64,000 bases of DNA, taken from positions 29,638,001-29,702,000 of the forward strand of contig CM119371.1 in the NCBI GenBank assembly GCA_051294905.1. Reading direction: 5' to 3'. The stretch comes from Botryllus schlosseri. Lineage: Eukaryota. Below the pieces are notes generated by a model. It had not been told where the DNA came from. It ran no database searches and worked only from the letters and a program-made list of their open reading frames with translations. Both the position numbers and the translations under genes were made by a program. Positions within the stretch are counted from its first letter, which is position 1. Each line of letters opens with the position of its first letter. Shown here piece after piece: positions 34,695 to 47,259 of this stretch.

Positions 34695-35864
34695 CAGAGG
34701 TCTCAAACACGCGGCCCGCCAGAGCATTTTGTGCGGCCCGCGACGACATTTTAGATTTTATTATTTTACAAAATATAAGTGTCACATATATATTTTCAGG
34801 TTATAAAGTGAAAATTCCCTCTTAAATTGCTCCGAAAGCCTCAAACTATTCATCAAACGTCCCTATCACGTCAATTGCAAACGCTAACATGCAGTGGAAC
34901 ATTCACTATTTCGCTAATTTCCTATTCATGATGACAAAACCAGACCCTTAGACTATTCTAGACTGAAATTTGTGAGTTGGACTTGGACGCGACCTTTCTT
35001 AGAATTACTCAGACTCGGGCTAACTCGATGGCAAAATGAAAATGACTCGAGTGGACTTGAAGTGACTCGGAATGCCGTGAATTTGTTAGAACCATGGACC
35101 CAACAAACTAGTCGCGTATCAAGGGATTAGTAATAGATCAGAAGGTCGCAGCTTGGTATTTCGCTAACTAAGCAAGTATAGTTATGGTAACCATTGGCAA
35201 TCTGTTAGTTACGTCTTTGGTCGCTAAACCATGTTATTAAAGGCCACTGAAAGGTACCGAGTACCGTAGTGGTACGCTCCAACTATGTAACAGGAATGGG
35301 CCGTTCGGCGTTCCGACATTTCAATCACTTGGACACATTCATTAATATATTTATATTATATTTGAAGATATTTGGCCATGAGATAAATAGCCAACTTATC
35401 AGAAGTATACACGAATCCTGGATTGGAATTACAATGCTCAACTTGAAAATGTTTTGATATCAGATCAGTCTCTATTATCAGTCTGTTGAATTCAAAATAT
35501 TCATAGTAGCTGAAAATTATAACCTGAAAGCTTTTATGATGGCATCATACATTTGTCCACCCATATGGTGTCTATATCTTATAGTTAATAAATATATCAA
35601 GTACAACAACAATTATATTCAAATAGTTATAAATGTGATGATTCTTTTCGTGCCAGGCCTAAATTGATACAAACGTAAATCACACTTTGACGATGTGTGT
35701 TTACTATCAGTCTGCTGGATCGGCTCACTTTCAACAGGAAAATTCATTCCCGCCAAGTAAGGCCTACTTAGAAAGACATAGAATACCCCTATAAATGCTG
35801 CGGCCCGCGGCGTCGTCAAAACTGGAAAAATGGCCCGCAAGCACATTTGAGTTTGAGACCTCTG
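34695..35864 (+). mobile_element. hAT MITE family K inserted in gag
   Basis: TIR CAGAGGTCTCAAAC; perfect TSD TGTTAGAC; close homologue at 45550-46742. Confidence 0.93.
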
Positions 35865-36109
35865 TGTTAGACAATGCCGTCTCACATCCGCGTGCGGCGT
35901 TTCTTTAATGATGAGATCGCGCATTAGCTCATCAACTTAGCTCTGATCACAGCCATCTCTTGAGCATATGAAGTTGCAATCTTTGGAGATTCCGCGTAGA
36001 GTAGCAATCCAATCGGCGTACGATTGTCCCGGTTGCATTTTACAGTTGTAAAATTCGTATCTGGCTGCTTGTACAATGTACATGTATGGAGTCCTTGAAG
36101 TGTGTAGAC
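35865..36109 (-). pseudogene. gag: gag central fragment
   Basis: VQAARYEFYNCKMQPGQSYADWIATLRGISKDCNF..*VDELMRDLIIKE; one stop and one frameshift. Confidence 0.88.
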
Positions 36110-38131
36110 CAGTGGTTCCCAAACTTTTTCGGTGTGAGGGCCAAATTTAGAATTTCAGAGTGCGATCGGGGCCGCACGAATACTACGGCTATGAAACGGA
36201 CCCAAACAGTCATCATGGCTACTTCGGAGTAGTTTTATTGACCTGGCGAGATTTTAAAACGGTACACTGTTTACCGCTACTTATCTGCTGCATTGGGTGT
36301 CCGTTGAGTGCATCAGCTTTTCGCGCCTAGGCGCGCGAAGTGGGAGAAATTTCTTTAGTTTCATGACTGAATCGGTCAATATGATCGGGAATTGCATGTA
36401 TTGCTATTAATTTTCATCCCGTCTCTGTTCACGTAATCTGGTCTACCGGTAGAGCTGAGTGAGGTTTGTTTGAAAAGGTATAGGCTCCCTCAATAGTAAT
36501 TAAACATCTCCGGGGGTATACCCGTTGGCAGCAACGTAACAGCACTTCTTTACGACCTAGGCAGGGCCCATAGGGTGATAAACTGACCCCGCATCACGTT
36601 GTTCGCTTTTGCCACGAAATTAAAGTTGTGCTGTTTAGTGAGACAGCGCGCGACGTGCGAATATTTCGATAATTCATGATAAAATTGGTGACTAAGATCG
36701 GGAATTGCATGGTTGTCCTCTCTGCCCACGTAATCAGATTTACCGGTTGAGCTGAGTGAGAGGTGTCTTTGAAACTGCAGACCCCGTAAAATTAAACATC
36801 TTCGGGCGGGCGGACCCCTAGGTATGACTTCTTTACATGATGTTATTTCGTGACCTCCTCCTGTCTGCTATATCAAAAAATGTAGAATTGCCAAAACCTA
36901 CTAAACTGAAAGATCACACGATTTCAGATTGGTATTTCTTCACTGGCATATAATTTTCTTTCCTGCGGGATGTTATTTGTCTTGCGAGGTTCAGATTGCC
37001 AAGACAATGAACATTCGGCGCCAGTCATTTAGGCGCGTATATGGACAATTAAACCTATATGTATTTTGTATATATAACGACGTTTTTGGTATTTCGAAGT
37101 TTTTGGTCAGCATAAAAGCAGTCCTTTACGGCCAAGGCTTTCTCGCTGCCGATTGTTCTGACACACTTCTTGGAGTCACATGTTACATTGCCTAAAACTA
37201 TATATGTCTTGGTGCGTTGTGGTGCGGTCATGGCCAACGCTGATATGCCCATTTCTATAAATCTTGCGTATTTTTTCTTGGGGAAGAGTACCCAATAATC
37301 AACATATGTGGCGAATTGAAAAATGTTTGAAAAAGTTACATAAATTTTCTAAAAATACTCTATAATTTATGCTAATTCACGAAATAATTTTGGGCCCTTC
37401 CCGAGCTCGGCCCCCCTCAATTGGGGGTTTGGGGTGCGGCAGTTACGGCCCTGACTATATAGGACTACCAATTATGCTGCTTTTAGCCGGCTAAGCAGTA
37501 TGCATCTCGTCGTATTCAACCGTGAGTCACGTGTTGCACATCTAGTCCTCATAGGGTTACCATACGTCCTCTTTCAAGATGATTTGTCCTCTTTTTTAAT
37601 TTTTTTTAAATGTGTCCTCGGAGGACGCCCAAATGTCTTCTTTTTTGGGGATTTTCGTCACATATAGGGCCCAATTCGACCGATATACATTAAGTCAGCA
37701 CTGTGGGAACGCTGCGGTGGCTATTTCGGGAGCTTTTTTCAGTCAACCACCTGTTAGTGTGAAAGAAAAACTGTATTTTCCGGGAGTTGAGCCTCTTTTT
37801 CTCTTTCAGTCAAGCGACCACGTAGTGGAAAAAATTTAACATTTTTTCAGGATTTTCCTCCGATATTGAAAGTTATCAATACCTATTTATATCTATAGCT
37901 ACTGCTCGTTCAACTGGAAAGTTAGGGCACATTGCATTGAAACAGCAGTGACGTAACGTTAGCAGTCTATACTCACAACTTTCCTGCAATTCTGTAATCA
38001 AAAACTACAGAGGCCAAGCCAAACAAGAGTATTTTATAAATATAAATTTCATTTTTTGTCATAAATCGATTTCTTAATATATTTTGGGGGCCGCAAGAAG
38101 GCTATCTGGGGGCCGCACTTGGGAATCACTG
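36110..38131 (+). mobile_element. Composite hAT element M inserted in gag, carrying a family G fragment (~36330-37453) and a TAGGGTTACCATACG end (~37552)
   Basis: TIR CAGTGRTTCCCAA; TSD GTGTAGAC/GTGCAGAC. Confidence 0.85.
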
Positions 38132-38627
38132 GTGCAGACAACTTCTCAGTAAACGCGTCGAAGGATTGCGCACTGACATCAGCAGCGCCAATCAAATTAC
38201 GTAGGAGCGAGTACGTTTCAGGTCCAACCCATGAGAGTAGACACGCTCTTTTCTTCTCCATATTGGAAATGCCGTAAATTGCAAGGTGGTGGTTGAATCG
38301 TTGCAGATATTGGTCCCATTTCTCCTTCGATTTTACGAACGAATCAAACTTGGGAGCGGTAGCTTCAGATGTTGAAGCACCGGGACTCGACCTCTGTGTT
38401 AACTGCGCCATCTCTGTCATGACTTTTGCCATTGCTTCGTCATGCTTTGCTTGCTGCTTCGCTTGTTGCTTCAAATCTTCTCTGTGCTGAGCATTTTGCT
38501 GCTCCAGCTGTGCCTGTTGTTGCTCCAGCTGTGCCTTTTGATTTGCCATGGTTTCTTCATGCTGCCTTTGTTGCTTCGCCATCATTTCTTGCTGCTTCTC
38601 TAGAAGCTTCAATATACTTGCTTCCAT
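38132..38627 (-). pseudogene. gag: gag N-terminus
   Basis: ATG at 38627; Q/E/K-rich coiled-coil-like stretch, then FDSF..EKWDQYLQRF..KRACLLSWVGPETYSLLRNL (Mag-like Gag). Confidence 0.9.
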
Positions 38628-38663
38628 GATATATGTTCGTTGCAGAAATAACTATGAATCAGA

Positions 38664-38675
38664 CGTCTGACACCA
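38664..38675 (-). promoter_or_regulatory. Primer-binding site, tRNA-Leu-like
   Basis: TGGTGTCAGACG begins 2 nt inside the 5' LTR boundary. Confidence 0.75.
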
Positions 38676-38677
38676 AT

Positions 38678-38935
38678 TGTTATGTTCTTGATCTTCTTCG
38701 AACAATAACTCAATACGACGAGGTTGCAATATGAAATCAGTATATATTAACAGCAGAATAACTTTAAGACAGGCGACACGATCCAGAGTTCAGTTAAATG
38801 GAAGACCACGAGACAACAGAACACAGGGTGTAAATACAAGCACGACACACGAGGAAATAATGATTGGCTGTAATTACTAATCCTATAGAAAGAAAGAGTT
38901 GTACGACACTAAAACGTAAATGCACGAACATAACA
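38678..38935 (-). repeat. 5' LTR
   Basis: 258 bp; 255/258 identical to the 3' LTR. Confidence 0.97.
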
Positions 38936-39260
38936 GATTCATTAAATTTATTGTCAATACTTTGAGAATAAAATTTCACTTTCAAAGTAAAAACTCTCGG
39001 CGGGCCGGTCAAAATCCCTTCGCGGGCCGGATCCGGCCGGCGGGCCGTATGTTGCCCGCCCCTGCGCTAGATCATGAAAATGCGCCGATCTCTGTATAAC
39101 ACAAACTGGTTGGAATTCATAAGATTTTGTCCGACATTGGATGCTCTGGAAAATATCGCCAGATGCCGTTGGGATGCTTTAGTCTAGGGACGTACAACGA
39201 GCGGGTACAGAACGATGATACACATGTGTGCCGCGAGACCGCGACACATGAAGACATTAA

Positions 39261-40205
39261 CCCTTTTGAAGGGGGGAGGGCATATTTTGCAGAATTGACC
39301 ATCACTTTTCAAATTCATACCGTGACCTCACCGTGACTTGAATATGGTCTGCTGAAGTTTAAAAGTGGGCGGAGTATAGCCCTCTACCGTTTCCGCCATC
39401 GATCGACACCCAATGACATGTCCAAGTTTTTTTATAAGACTGAATAAACAAAATTTTTCTCTAAAAAATCTCTCTCTCTTTCTCATTTTATAAGGCTGAC
39501 CCCCAGGATGGCGTCAGAGAGTCAAAAATGATGCTTCAGTGCGTAGCTGCCGTTGCCAGGTTTCGAACAAGCCGTCAACCATGTCCGTAAATCTCGCGGC
39601 TCTCCCGATATCGAAAAATCAAAAATACATGAAAAATTCACATATGGGCGTGGTCAGTTAGTGGTCATAATGGTCAAGTTCCAGGTAAATACCGAATCGG
39701 ACACCTACAGTCCCGTGTATTGCATGAAACAACGAAGAATACTTTCTCTTGTCATATCCGACCATTTTCAGGCATTGTTAACCAGTTTATGACTCATATT
39801 TCAGCATAAACTTGTACTTGAACTTGACCATGTTCTTGATAATCATCGAAGCGTGACCAAATTACCAAAACTCCTCAGAAACCTCCCCAAAACAAGGTTT
39901 GATGTTCGAAACGATGAAAAGTTGCACGGAATACCGTACAAGTTGACTTCTGATGTTCTGGCAGAATTTTCGACAAAAGTTCCCACTCGGAAAATATCTG
40001 GAAATCTTAGGTGATAACCGTTTTTTTCGGGTTTTCGTAATTTTTTTTTCGTTGCGAACTAAAAGTTTTTAGTAAGGTATCAAATGAATCGGAAAAATCT
40101 CAGCCTTCCAAAAAACCAAGTACCCGATGCAAACGGCGTGTCAGCACGAAGAAATCGGTCACAAAGGCATGCCATATCAGATATGATACACCCCCTTCAA
40201 AAGGG
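39261..40205. mobile_element. piggyBac-like non-autonomous element
   Basis: 15-bp TIR CCCTTTTGAAGGGGG; left flank TTAA, right flank degenerate TTGT. Confidence 0.7.
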
Positions 40206-41909
40206 TTGTTTCGGCCAACCTACAGCTGGGCAAAGTGGAGTGCCAAAAAGATCGACGGCGATTAAAGCTTGGTGAAAATTGACCGTCGCTGGCTAGCCAA
40301 AACTCACGATATTGATATGTCTGGTCGTCGAAATGAACAACGCTCGTAGGCGACCCAAATTCATTTCGTAAATAACCATCAAATACAGTCTTTCGGGCGG
40401 ATTTTATTGATCTTGAAAGAATTTCACGCGCTTGGCGCGATTTACTAACTCCTAATTTCTTTTTATAATGTGCCACCCCCCCCAAAAAAAATAATATATA
40501 TATATATATATATATATTTACCTATTAGACTACTTTGGTGGACAGTCCTGTTTTGAAGCAGTTGGGCGACAATTATCGCCAACAGAAGGAGACAAGCTAG
40601 GCGTCTTGAAATAACTCGATTGGTTTTGGAATATCGATTCCGCGCTTTGTCACTGGTGATTTGCGGTTTATATCGCAGCGTTTAGAATATACACGAAATG
40701 TCCTCCAACTGCGGTCGCCCTAATTTTTCCCAACTTTTGCAATATCTAATAGACCACTTTAGTGGACATTTGTTACTTAGGGAGACAATTCGCCATTTTG
40801 AATTACCAGACCATGACCATTGCTGTTACTGAACTTAGGTGGACATTGACGTCGTATATATATATATAGATATATAATTTTCTTTTAAATATGTACCGAT
40901 ATAAATGTATAAAAGGTACCGAAATGGATCCAACCGTGTAGGCAATTATTAAAGAATTGCAACCAAGTATCGTATCAAACCGTTGTCTGCATTAGTCTAG
41001 GAGTATGCACTGTGCAGCTCTAGTAAGCTAGCGACAAAAATGTATACCCTCCGCGACCAGTACTATGAGGATCACTGGCGTAAGCTATGCCGTTGTCAGC
41101 TGCAGATGAGCAGTGGGTAGGTGTCCTTACTTGGTGCGATAAATATGACAAACTGAAACATGTTTGACACGCTGGTTGGTAATATTGTGACATTTTTTGA
41201 CAATTTTAGACGCTGCATACGTAAGGTTGCCGACTCCTGATATTTTTATTTCATTGCTAGCGCGATAGCCCGACCGCAGCGCCCACCAATTTTAAAATTT
41301 TTCAACAGCTAAACATCGCAGAAAGTCAAAACGGAAATGACTTACGAATCACGAGTATATTCGCCACTCCAGCAAGTTTATTACTTTTAGTGCATGCTGT
41401 ACTCGAAAAACCCGATTCGCGGGTGTGTTCGTTCTCTTTATGTGCAGAAGTTTTTATATTTATAAAATCTATATATTGTAGTGGGAAAGTATTTGAAGCT
41501 AACATTGTTATGACGCTGTCAGCATTGTTTGTCCTGGAGTTGAACCAAAAGTAGAATCGCAGATCACAGTGATCACGGCTCACAGATTCAAAACTACATC
41601 CTGTTATAAGAATCGGGACAACCGACTTTTTTGAATATTGGTTATTGAGGTTGATCAGCTTCGGAAATCTCGCCAATATTTCTGACGCATGTACGATATC
41701 ATCGAACCAATGATTGGATTGTTTTAAATCAGTGGTTTCCAGCATGTGTTACGCGTACCACTAGTGGTACGCGAAGGTCTTCCAGGTGGTACGCGAGTAG
41801 ATTCTGTTTTTTTCGACCGACGGGACTCATTAGCTCAGGTGGGGTTGATTTTTAGTTTTTTGAAGTCGTCGTGCTGGGTATGGGCAATCCCACCAATGAC
41901 GACCTACGG

Positions 41910-44240
41910 CAGAGGTCTCAAACACGCGGGTCGCATGCCCGCGAGTCAGTCCATTTTGTGCGGCCCGTGACGGCATTTTGGATTTCGAAGTATTGGACAA
42001 TATTAACCTACTATTTTCTTTCAATTCGAGAACTTAAATTTGCTCTAAAACTACTCCAAAAGCCTGAAACTATTCATCAAACTTTACTATTACATCACTT
42101 TCAAAAGTTACTACGCAGTGGAAGATTACCTATTACCTGACATTACTTGTTTATGATGGTTAAACTGGACCCGTTGATGATTCGTACTGAAAATTGTGAT
42201 TTGGACTTGTGCACGACCTGTTGTAGCATTACTCGAACTCGGACACAATGGGTGATATGATAATATAAAAATGACTCTAGTCTAGTCGAGTCAAAAGATA
42301 CAATCAGAGAAGGACTTTTGTGACGCGGAACGCTGTGACTTGGTACAACCACGGACTTTGGTAATAACTTTGGCAACAACTTTGATAACGACTTTGGTAA
42401 TTTGACTTTGGTAATGACATGATCAATATCATATAGTTATCAGGAGTATACCCGAAACCCGGATTAGGCTGTACTGCTCCAATGCTCTGATATCAGATCA
42501 ATCTTTGTAAAATTCTACAATTCTACCTATAATTGCAGCACGTCTAATGACCGCTAGCTGCTAAATTATAACGCGACAGCTTTAACGGTGTCCTGATGCA
42601 TTTGTACTCTCGCATGGTGTCTACAACTAATTATTTTGAGAAGCTATGCCAAGTGGGGAGACCGGGGACAAAAGTTACACAGGGCAAATGTAACAATCGA
42701 CCTCACCGCTAGTAGGATGAAGAAGTCGCCTTCATAATTTGAGTGCACATGCGGTAGTTATGTCTTCTAATATGCCTGAAGTTACGTTGAGCTACGACGC
42801 GAAACTCAAGAATAATTTTTTTTTTAAAACGAAACTTTGGACCCTTCAGTAATTATTTTCTGATCTGGAATATTTTGTTCTGAAGAATAAAACCTCAAGT
42901 GGTTACAATGCAATATATGTGGCTGGAACAATGTTACCATCCGTCTGCCGTGATCATATGGAAACTAGGACTTGCATCGCCGGGAAGGCACCATCCTGAG
43001 ACATTAATCATGGTCGATCGTGTCAGAGGCAATTGTAACAATCTGTTACTTTTGTCCCGTTACAATATCTTTTCAATGCTGAATATATGTTGGTATAACC
43101 ATTTATCTACCGCATATGAATCTTGCAATAGCCAGAAGTTCATTAACAGAACAGAAACTACCTGGTCATACCAATTCTAACATGATCCTCTGTCGGAACG
43201 GCCATACAGAAGTGGTGATGTGAATCTTAGGGTCCGGTTATTTCCGTGATTCTACTACCCTATCTCATGTTGATCGACTTTTGATGTTTCGACCTTCAAT
43301 GGTCACTTAAGAACTTGCCCATGACTGAATCCTCATTCCCTGACTTTGAGCATGGCCCACCTATATTTTGTCATTTGGTGTGAACAATTTATTTTACTTA
43401 TGTACGGAACAGAAGAATACTATTAGCTTTGATGCCACACAAGGTTGTGCCCTCGTTTTGCTACACTATCATCGGCCCATTCAACAAAGATATTTGAGCT
43501 AGTCGGTTTCGCACCTTCGCAGGTGACCGAATGCCCAATGCACGTTATGCATGCTGAACTACAGCACCTTGGTAGAAGAGGCCGAATATGTGTAGGGAGA
43601 TGATAGAATGAATGTGTTTCTTGTACACTTTGAGTTCATGCAGAAGGCACGAAGGGTGATAATTTATTCAGATGATAAAAATGCGATGGGGCGTAGCCTG
43701 GAGAGTTAAAACTTCTCCTTTTTAGTTTAATTCAAGAGTACAATTTGTGCTCCCGTTATTGTTGTTCATTTTGTTTGTTTTTAGTTATAAATAACACTGT
43801 TACAATTACCCCGCATGGACGTAACAATTGCCCCTGGACATTGGACGATTTTCGCGATCCAAAATTTCCATGATTGATTATTGATTGAGTTCCATTTTAG
43901 TTTTTATATCAACTATCGAGTTGTTGGCTTCTTTATATAAAAGTTTGGAAATGAAATATCCACGAGAAAAACACGTATTGTTAGAAAATACAGAATGTGT
44001 TACAATTGTCCCCGGTCCGTCCAGCAACAACTTTATGCAAATATATAAAATTATTATTTTTTGGGCCAGGCTTGAATTCACAATAGTAAATCACATTTTT
44101 ACGATGCGTGTGGAATGTCAGTCTACAAGGTCCCGTCAAATAACGCCTACATTGAATTCTCCTATTATTGGTCCTGCGACCCGCGGCGCCATCAGAAGTA
44201 GGAAATTGGCCCGAGAGCACATTTGACTTTGAGACCTCTG
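41910..44240 (+). mobile_element. Diverged family K copy with a nested insert
   Basis: TIR CAGAGGTCTCAAA; TSD ACCTACGG. Confidence 0.88.
42654..44023. mobile_element. TIR element nested in K (superfamily unassigned)
   Basis: TGGGGAGACCGGGGACAAAAGTTACACA versus TGTGTTACAATTGTCCCCGGTCCGTCCA; internal TGTAACAA/TTGTTACA motifs; no clear TSD. Confidence 0.65.
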
Positions 44241-45248
44241 ACCTACGGGGAAGAGATCTATTGAAGCATTGGGATTCCTACCTAACCAAATTCCGTTTTA
44301 ATATATTTGACCACAGAAATTCCAAATGGATGCACTACAGAGATCATATACTGCGCATTAAAATGGGCGGTTTATTTTCTGCAATTTTCTGCAACGGCTG
44401 CAACCCTATTGACCACCTTCGGCGCGCGTAGCTTATACAGGTGGTACGCGAGCACTGAGTAAAACATAGAAATTGCACGTGGGTGGGAAAAGGTTGGAAA
44501 CCGTTGTTTTAAATTACCTTATATATTATTTTCATATCCTCACTATATATTCAAATACCGATATTGCGTTGTGGTTTATAATCCCAATTTTATATAATGC
44601 GGCCCGCCAATGGATCAAGATGTTGAATGCGGCCCGCAGGCTAAAAACTTTGCCCGCCCCTGATTCAGCGTCATAGATCAGGATTACAATGTGTACTTGA
44701 AAACTGCGTTTTGACATGGGCGTCGCCATGTCTGCTATGCACTTTGATTAATCAACGTATGTCGCAATTCAAGATGTCGAGTCGGGTACATAGAATTCGC
44801 GAGTGATATTGGTCGCCGGCGTGACAGTAACCTAAATTTGAGGATTTTGAAAAGAGGGGTCCAACCCCCTAAACCGGAAGATGGCATTGTCTTTACCTCT
44901 TAAAGGCATTTTATACTGCCACGAGAATAATTATTCTGGCCGTGAGTACAATTTACTAAAAAGTTGTTGCAATAGATCAATTAAGTAAAGAAATTATTGT
45001 TTGGCAAAGAACCATATATGGCTCGCGAGCCATAGGTTCCCGACCATTGCCTTATATCGACGATTACACAGGGCAACAATTTTTTTTTTACATCATGATA
45101 TGTAAGATAGATGCAGGGGTATATCAGGGGCACTGAGTCCGAAAAATGGCATTATTTTTGCCGAATTGGTTCTGTTTTTTGAGATATTGCCTCTTCCCAC
45201 ATATGTCATGAAAAATAGTATGTTTGTGGGTAATATAGGTTAACTCAC

Positions 45249-45303
45249 GCTTGAGGAAGTGAATATGGGCTTAGGCTAGTACTAACATGCGCTTTGTAGT
45301 GCA
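45249..45303 (-). CDS. Candidate upstream GPCR exon (tentative)
   Basis: ttcatcAG / GTgagt; phase 1/2; HYKAHVSTSLSPYSLPQA; first unique sequence beyond the 26291-45049 nest; no homology support. Confidence 0.25.
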
Positions 45304-45549
45304 CTGATGAAGCAATAGTTAGTTTTATCTTGAAAATTATCATTTAGAGACTATTTTTCCGACAGATTACGTCAATTACCACCCCCTCATTTGAGAAACA
45401 GAAAGAGTCAAATGATACTTATCTCATCACCGATGATTAGTTGGCTCAAATTTACCACGCTTCAGACGATTTTAATATGAGATACTGTCCCTTGCTTTCA
45501 TTTTCAAAATTTTTAAATACATTAAAAAATGAGTGGTGCATAGCTAGAC

Positions 45550-46742
45550 CAGAGGTCTCAAACTCAAATGTGCTTGCGGGCCAGTTTTCCCGTTTTGACG
45601 ACGCCGCGGGCCGCAGCATTTATAGGGGAATTCTATGTCTTTCCAAGTAGGCCTTATTTGGCGGGAATGAATTGTCCTATTGAAAGTGAGCCGATCCAGC
45701 AGACTATCAGTAAACACACATCGTGAAAATGTGATTTACTCTTGTACAAATTTAGGTCTGGCAAGAAAAGAGTCATCACATTCATAACAATTTGAATAGA
45801 ATTGTTGTTGTACTTGATATATAATAATTATGACATATAGACACCATATGGGCAGAAAAAATTATGATGGCATCATAAAAGCTATCGGGTTATAATTTTG
45901 CAGCTACTATGAATATTTCGAATTTAATAGATCGAAAATAGAGACTAATCTGATATCAAAACATTTTTAGGTTGAGCATTGTAATTCCAATCCAGGATTC
46001 GGGTATACTTCTGATGAGTAGGCTATTAATCTCATGGCCAAATATCTTCAAATATAGGAGCAGAAACAAATATAAATATAATATAAATATATTTATAAAT
46101 GTGTCCTAATGATTGAAATGTCGGAGCGCCGAACGGCCCATTGTTGTTACATCGTTGGAGCGTACCACTACGGTACTTGGTACCTGTAAGTGGCCTTAAT
46201 AACATGGTTTAGCGACCAAAGATGTAACTGACAGATTGCCAATGGTTGCCATAACTGCTTGCTTAGTTAGCAAAATACCAAGCTGCGACCTTCTGATCTA
46301 TTACTATTCCCCTGATACGCGATTAGTTTGTTGCATCCATGGTTCTAACAAATTCACGGCATTCCGAGTCACTCTGAGTCCGCTCGAGTCATTTTAATTT
46401 TGCCATCGAGTTAGCCCGAGTCTGAGTAATTCTAAGAAAGGTCGCGTCCAAGTCCAACTCAAAGATTTCAGTCACGAATCGTCTAAGGGTCAGGTTCCGT
46501 CATCATGAATTGGAAATATGGCGAAATAGTGAATCTTCCACTGCATGGTAGCGTTTGCAATTGATGTCATAGTGAAGTTTGATGAATAGTTTCAGGCTTT
46601 CGGGACATTTTAAGAGGGGATTTCGACTTTATAACCTGAAAAGATATATATGACGCTAAAATATTTTCAAATTATTAAAATTCTAAAATCTCGTCGCGGG
46701 CCGCACAAAATACTCTGGCGGGCCGCGTGTTTGAGACCTCTG
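45550..46742 (-). mobile_element. Family K copy
   Basis: TIR CAGAGGTCTCAAAC; TSD AGCTAGAC; reverse complement of 34695-35864. Confidence 0.93.
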
Positions 46743-46854
46743 AGCTAGACAGAGAAAGTGTTGTAATGACCTAAATTTGTTTTCCTACATATGTTACGAG
46801 GACACGTTGAACATGAAGCGGTTCAATATGTGAAATGTCACCAAGTGCACTTAC

Positions 46855-46961
46855 AAGGAACACTTAGCCATGACGTTGGAAGATCAGGATAAACGCCGGG
46901 CACCGCAAACGGTCCGCCTGCATTAGGCTGAAACTTCTCGCTTATGGAGTCAAGGTAAATT
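46855..46961 (-). CDS. Candidate upstream exon (tentative; acceptor uncertain, exon may instead end at 46927)
   Basis: IYLDSISEKFQPNAGGPFAVPGVYPDLPTSWLSVP; donor GTaagt; phase-1 end is compatible with the 45249-45303 candidate. Confidence 0.25.
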
Positions 46962-47259
46962 CTGATGCAATTTGTAATCCCCGTCGTTTTGTGCAAGTAC
47001 AAGAGCCATCATGATGATTGATATTTTTACATCAATGAGATGTAAGGTTGGAACAAAAACAAGAAGTCATAGCACTTCCTCAACATTGACTTTGCTTTAC
47101 AGCCAATTATACGCTCCTAATTGGCTACGTATAATTGCTGTCATAGTCATCATTTTGACCTAATACATCAGCCATTATTACTCTAGTAGTATTATAGGCT
47201 ATATAATTTCATACTCTCCTTGCCTTTCAGTATACAGTTGTGTGCCCTCTTTTTTCAGG

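Larger units (their letters stand above)
28573..38935 (-). mobile_element. Ty3/gypsy LTR retrotransposon (Mag-like), full length but disrupted
   Basis: 258-bp TG..CA LTRs; 5-bp TSD GACTC/GATTC; PBS and PPT; domain order gag-PR-RT-RH-IN; double CCHC knuckle. Confidence 0.97.
27313..39064 (-). mobile_element. Family I element hosting a D copy and the LTR retrotransposon
   Basis: TIR CAGGGGCGGGCAAC; perfect TSD CGCTAGAT (27305-27312, 39065-39072); homologous to 21058-21589. Confidence 0.9.
26959..41239. mobile_element. Probable hAT element nested in N
   Basis: Ends CATGGGTCGGCAACC / GGTTGCCGACTCCTG; flanks GTATATTT/ATATTTTT (6/8). Confidence 0.55.
41730..44506 (+). mobile_element. hAT MITE L hosting a K copy
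   Basis: CAGTGGTTTCCA / TGGAAACCGTTG ends; GGTACGCG motifs; TSD TTTTAAAT on both sides. Confidence 0.8.
26797..44662 (+). mobile_element. Buster-type hAT derivative N nested in A
   Basis: TIR CAGGGGYGGGCAAA with GCGGCCCGC motifs; TSD ATTTAGCA/ATTCAGCG; RSRLTDSKLHPVIRIGTT-like transposase remnant at ~41570-41630 (+). Confidence 0.75.
26291..45049 (+). mobile_element. Family A element split by about 18 kb of nested insertions
   Basis: Left half 26291-26796 and right half 44663-45049 are colinear with the copy at 59133-60045; TSD CTTTATAT/CCTTATAT. Confidence 0.85.

Noticed and set aside
41131..41237. Phase-compatible microexon or exon candidate
   Set aside because: It sits within a TE end (GGTTGCCGACTCCTG TIR) inside the nest and has no independent support.
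41326..41745. 139-aa minus-strand ORF containing an exon-like AG..GT segment (41346-41600)
   Set aside because: It lies inside nested hAT element N and is antisense to a transposase remnant (RSRLTD-like). Its phase does not join the 26262 exon directly.
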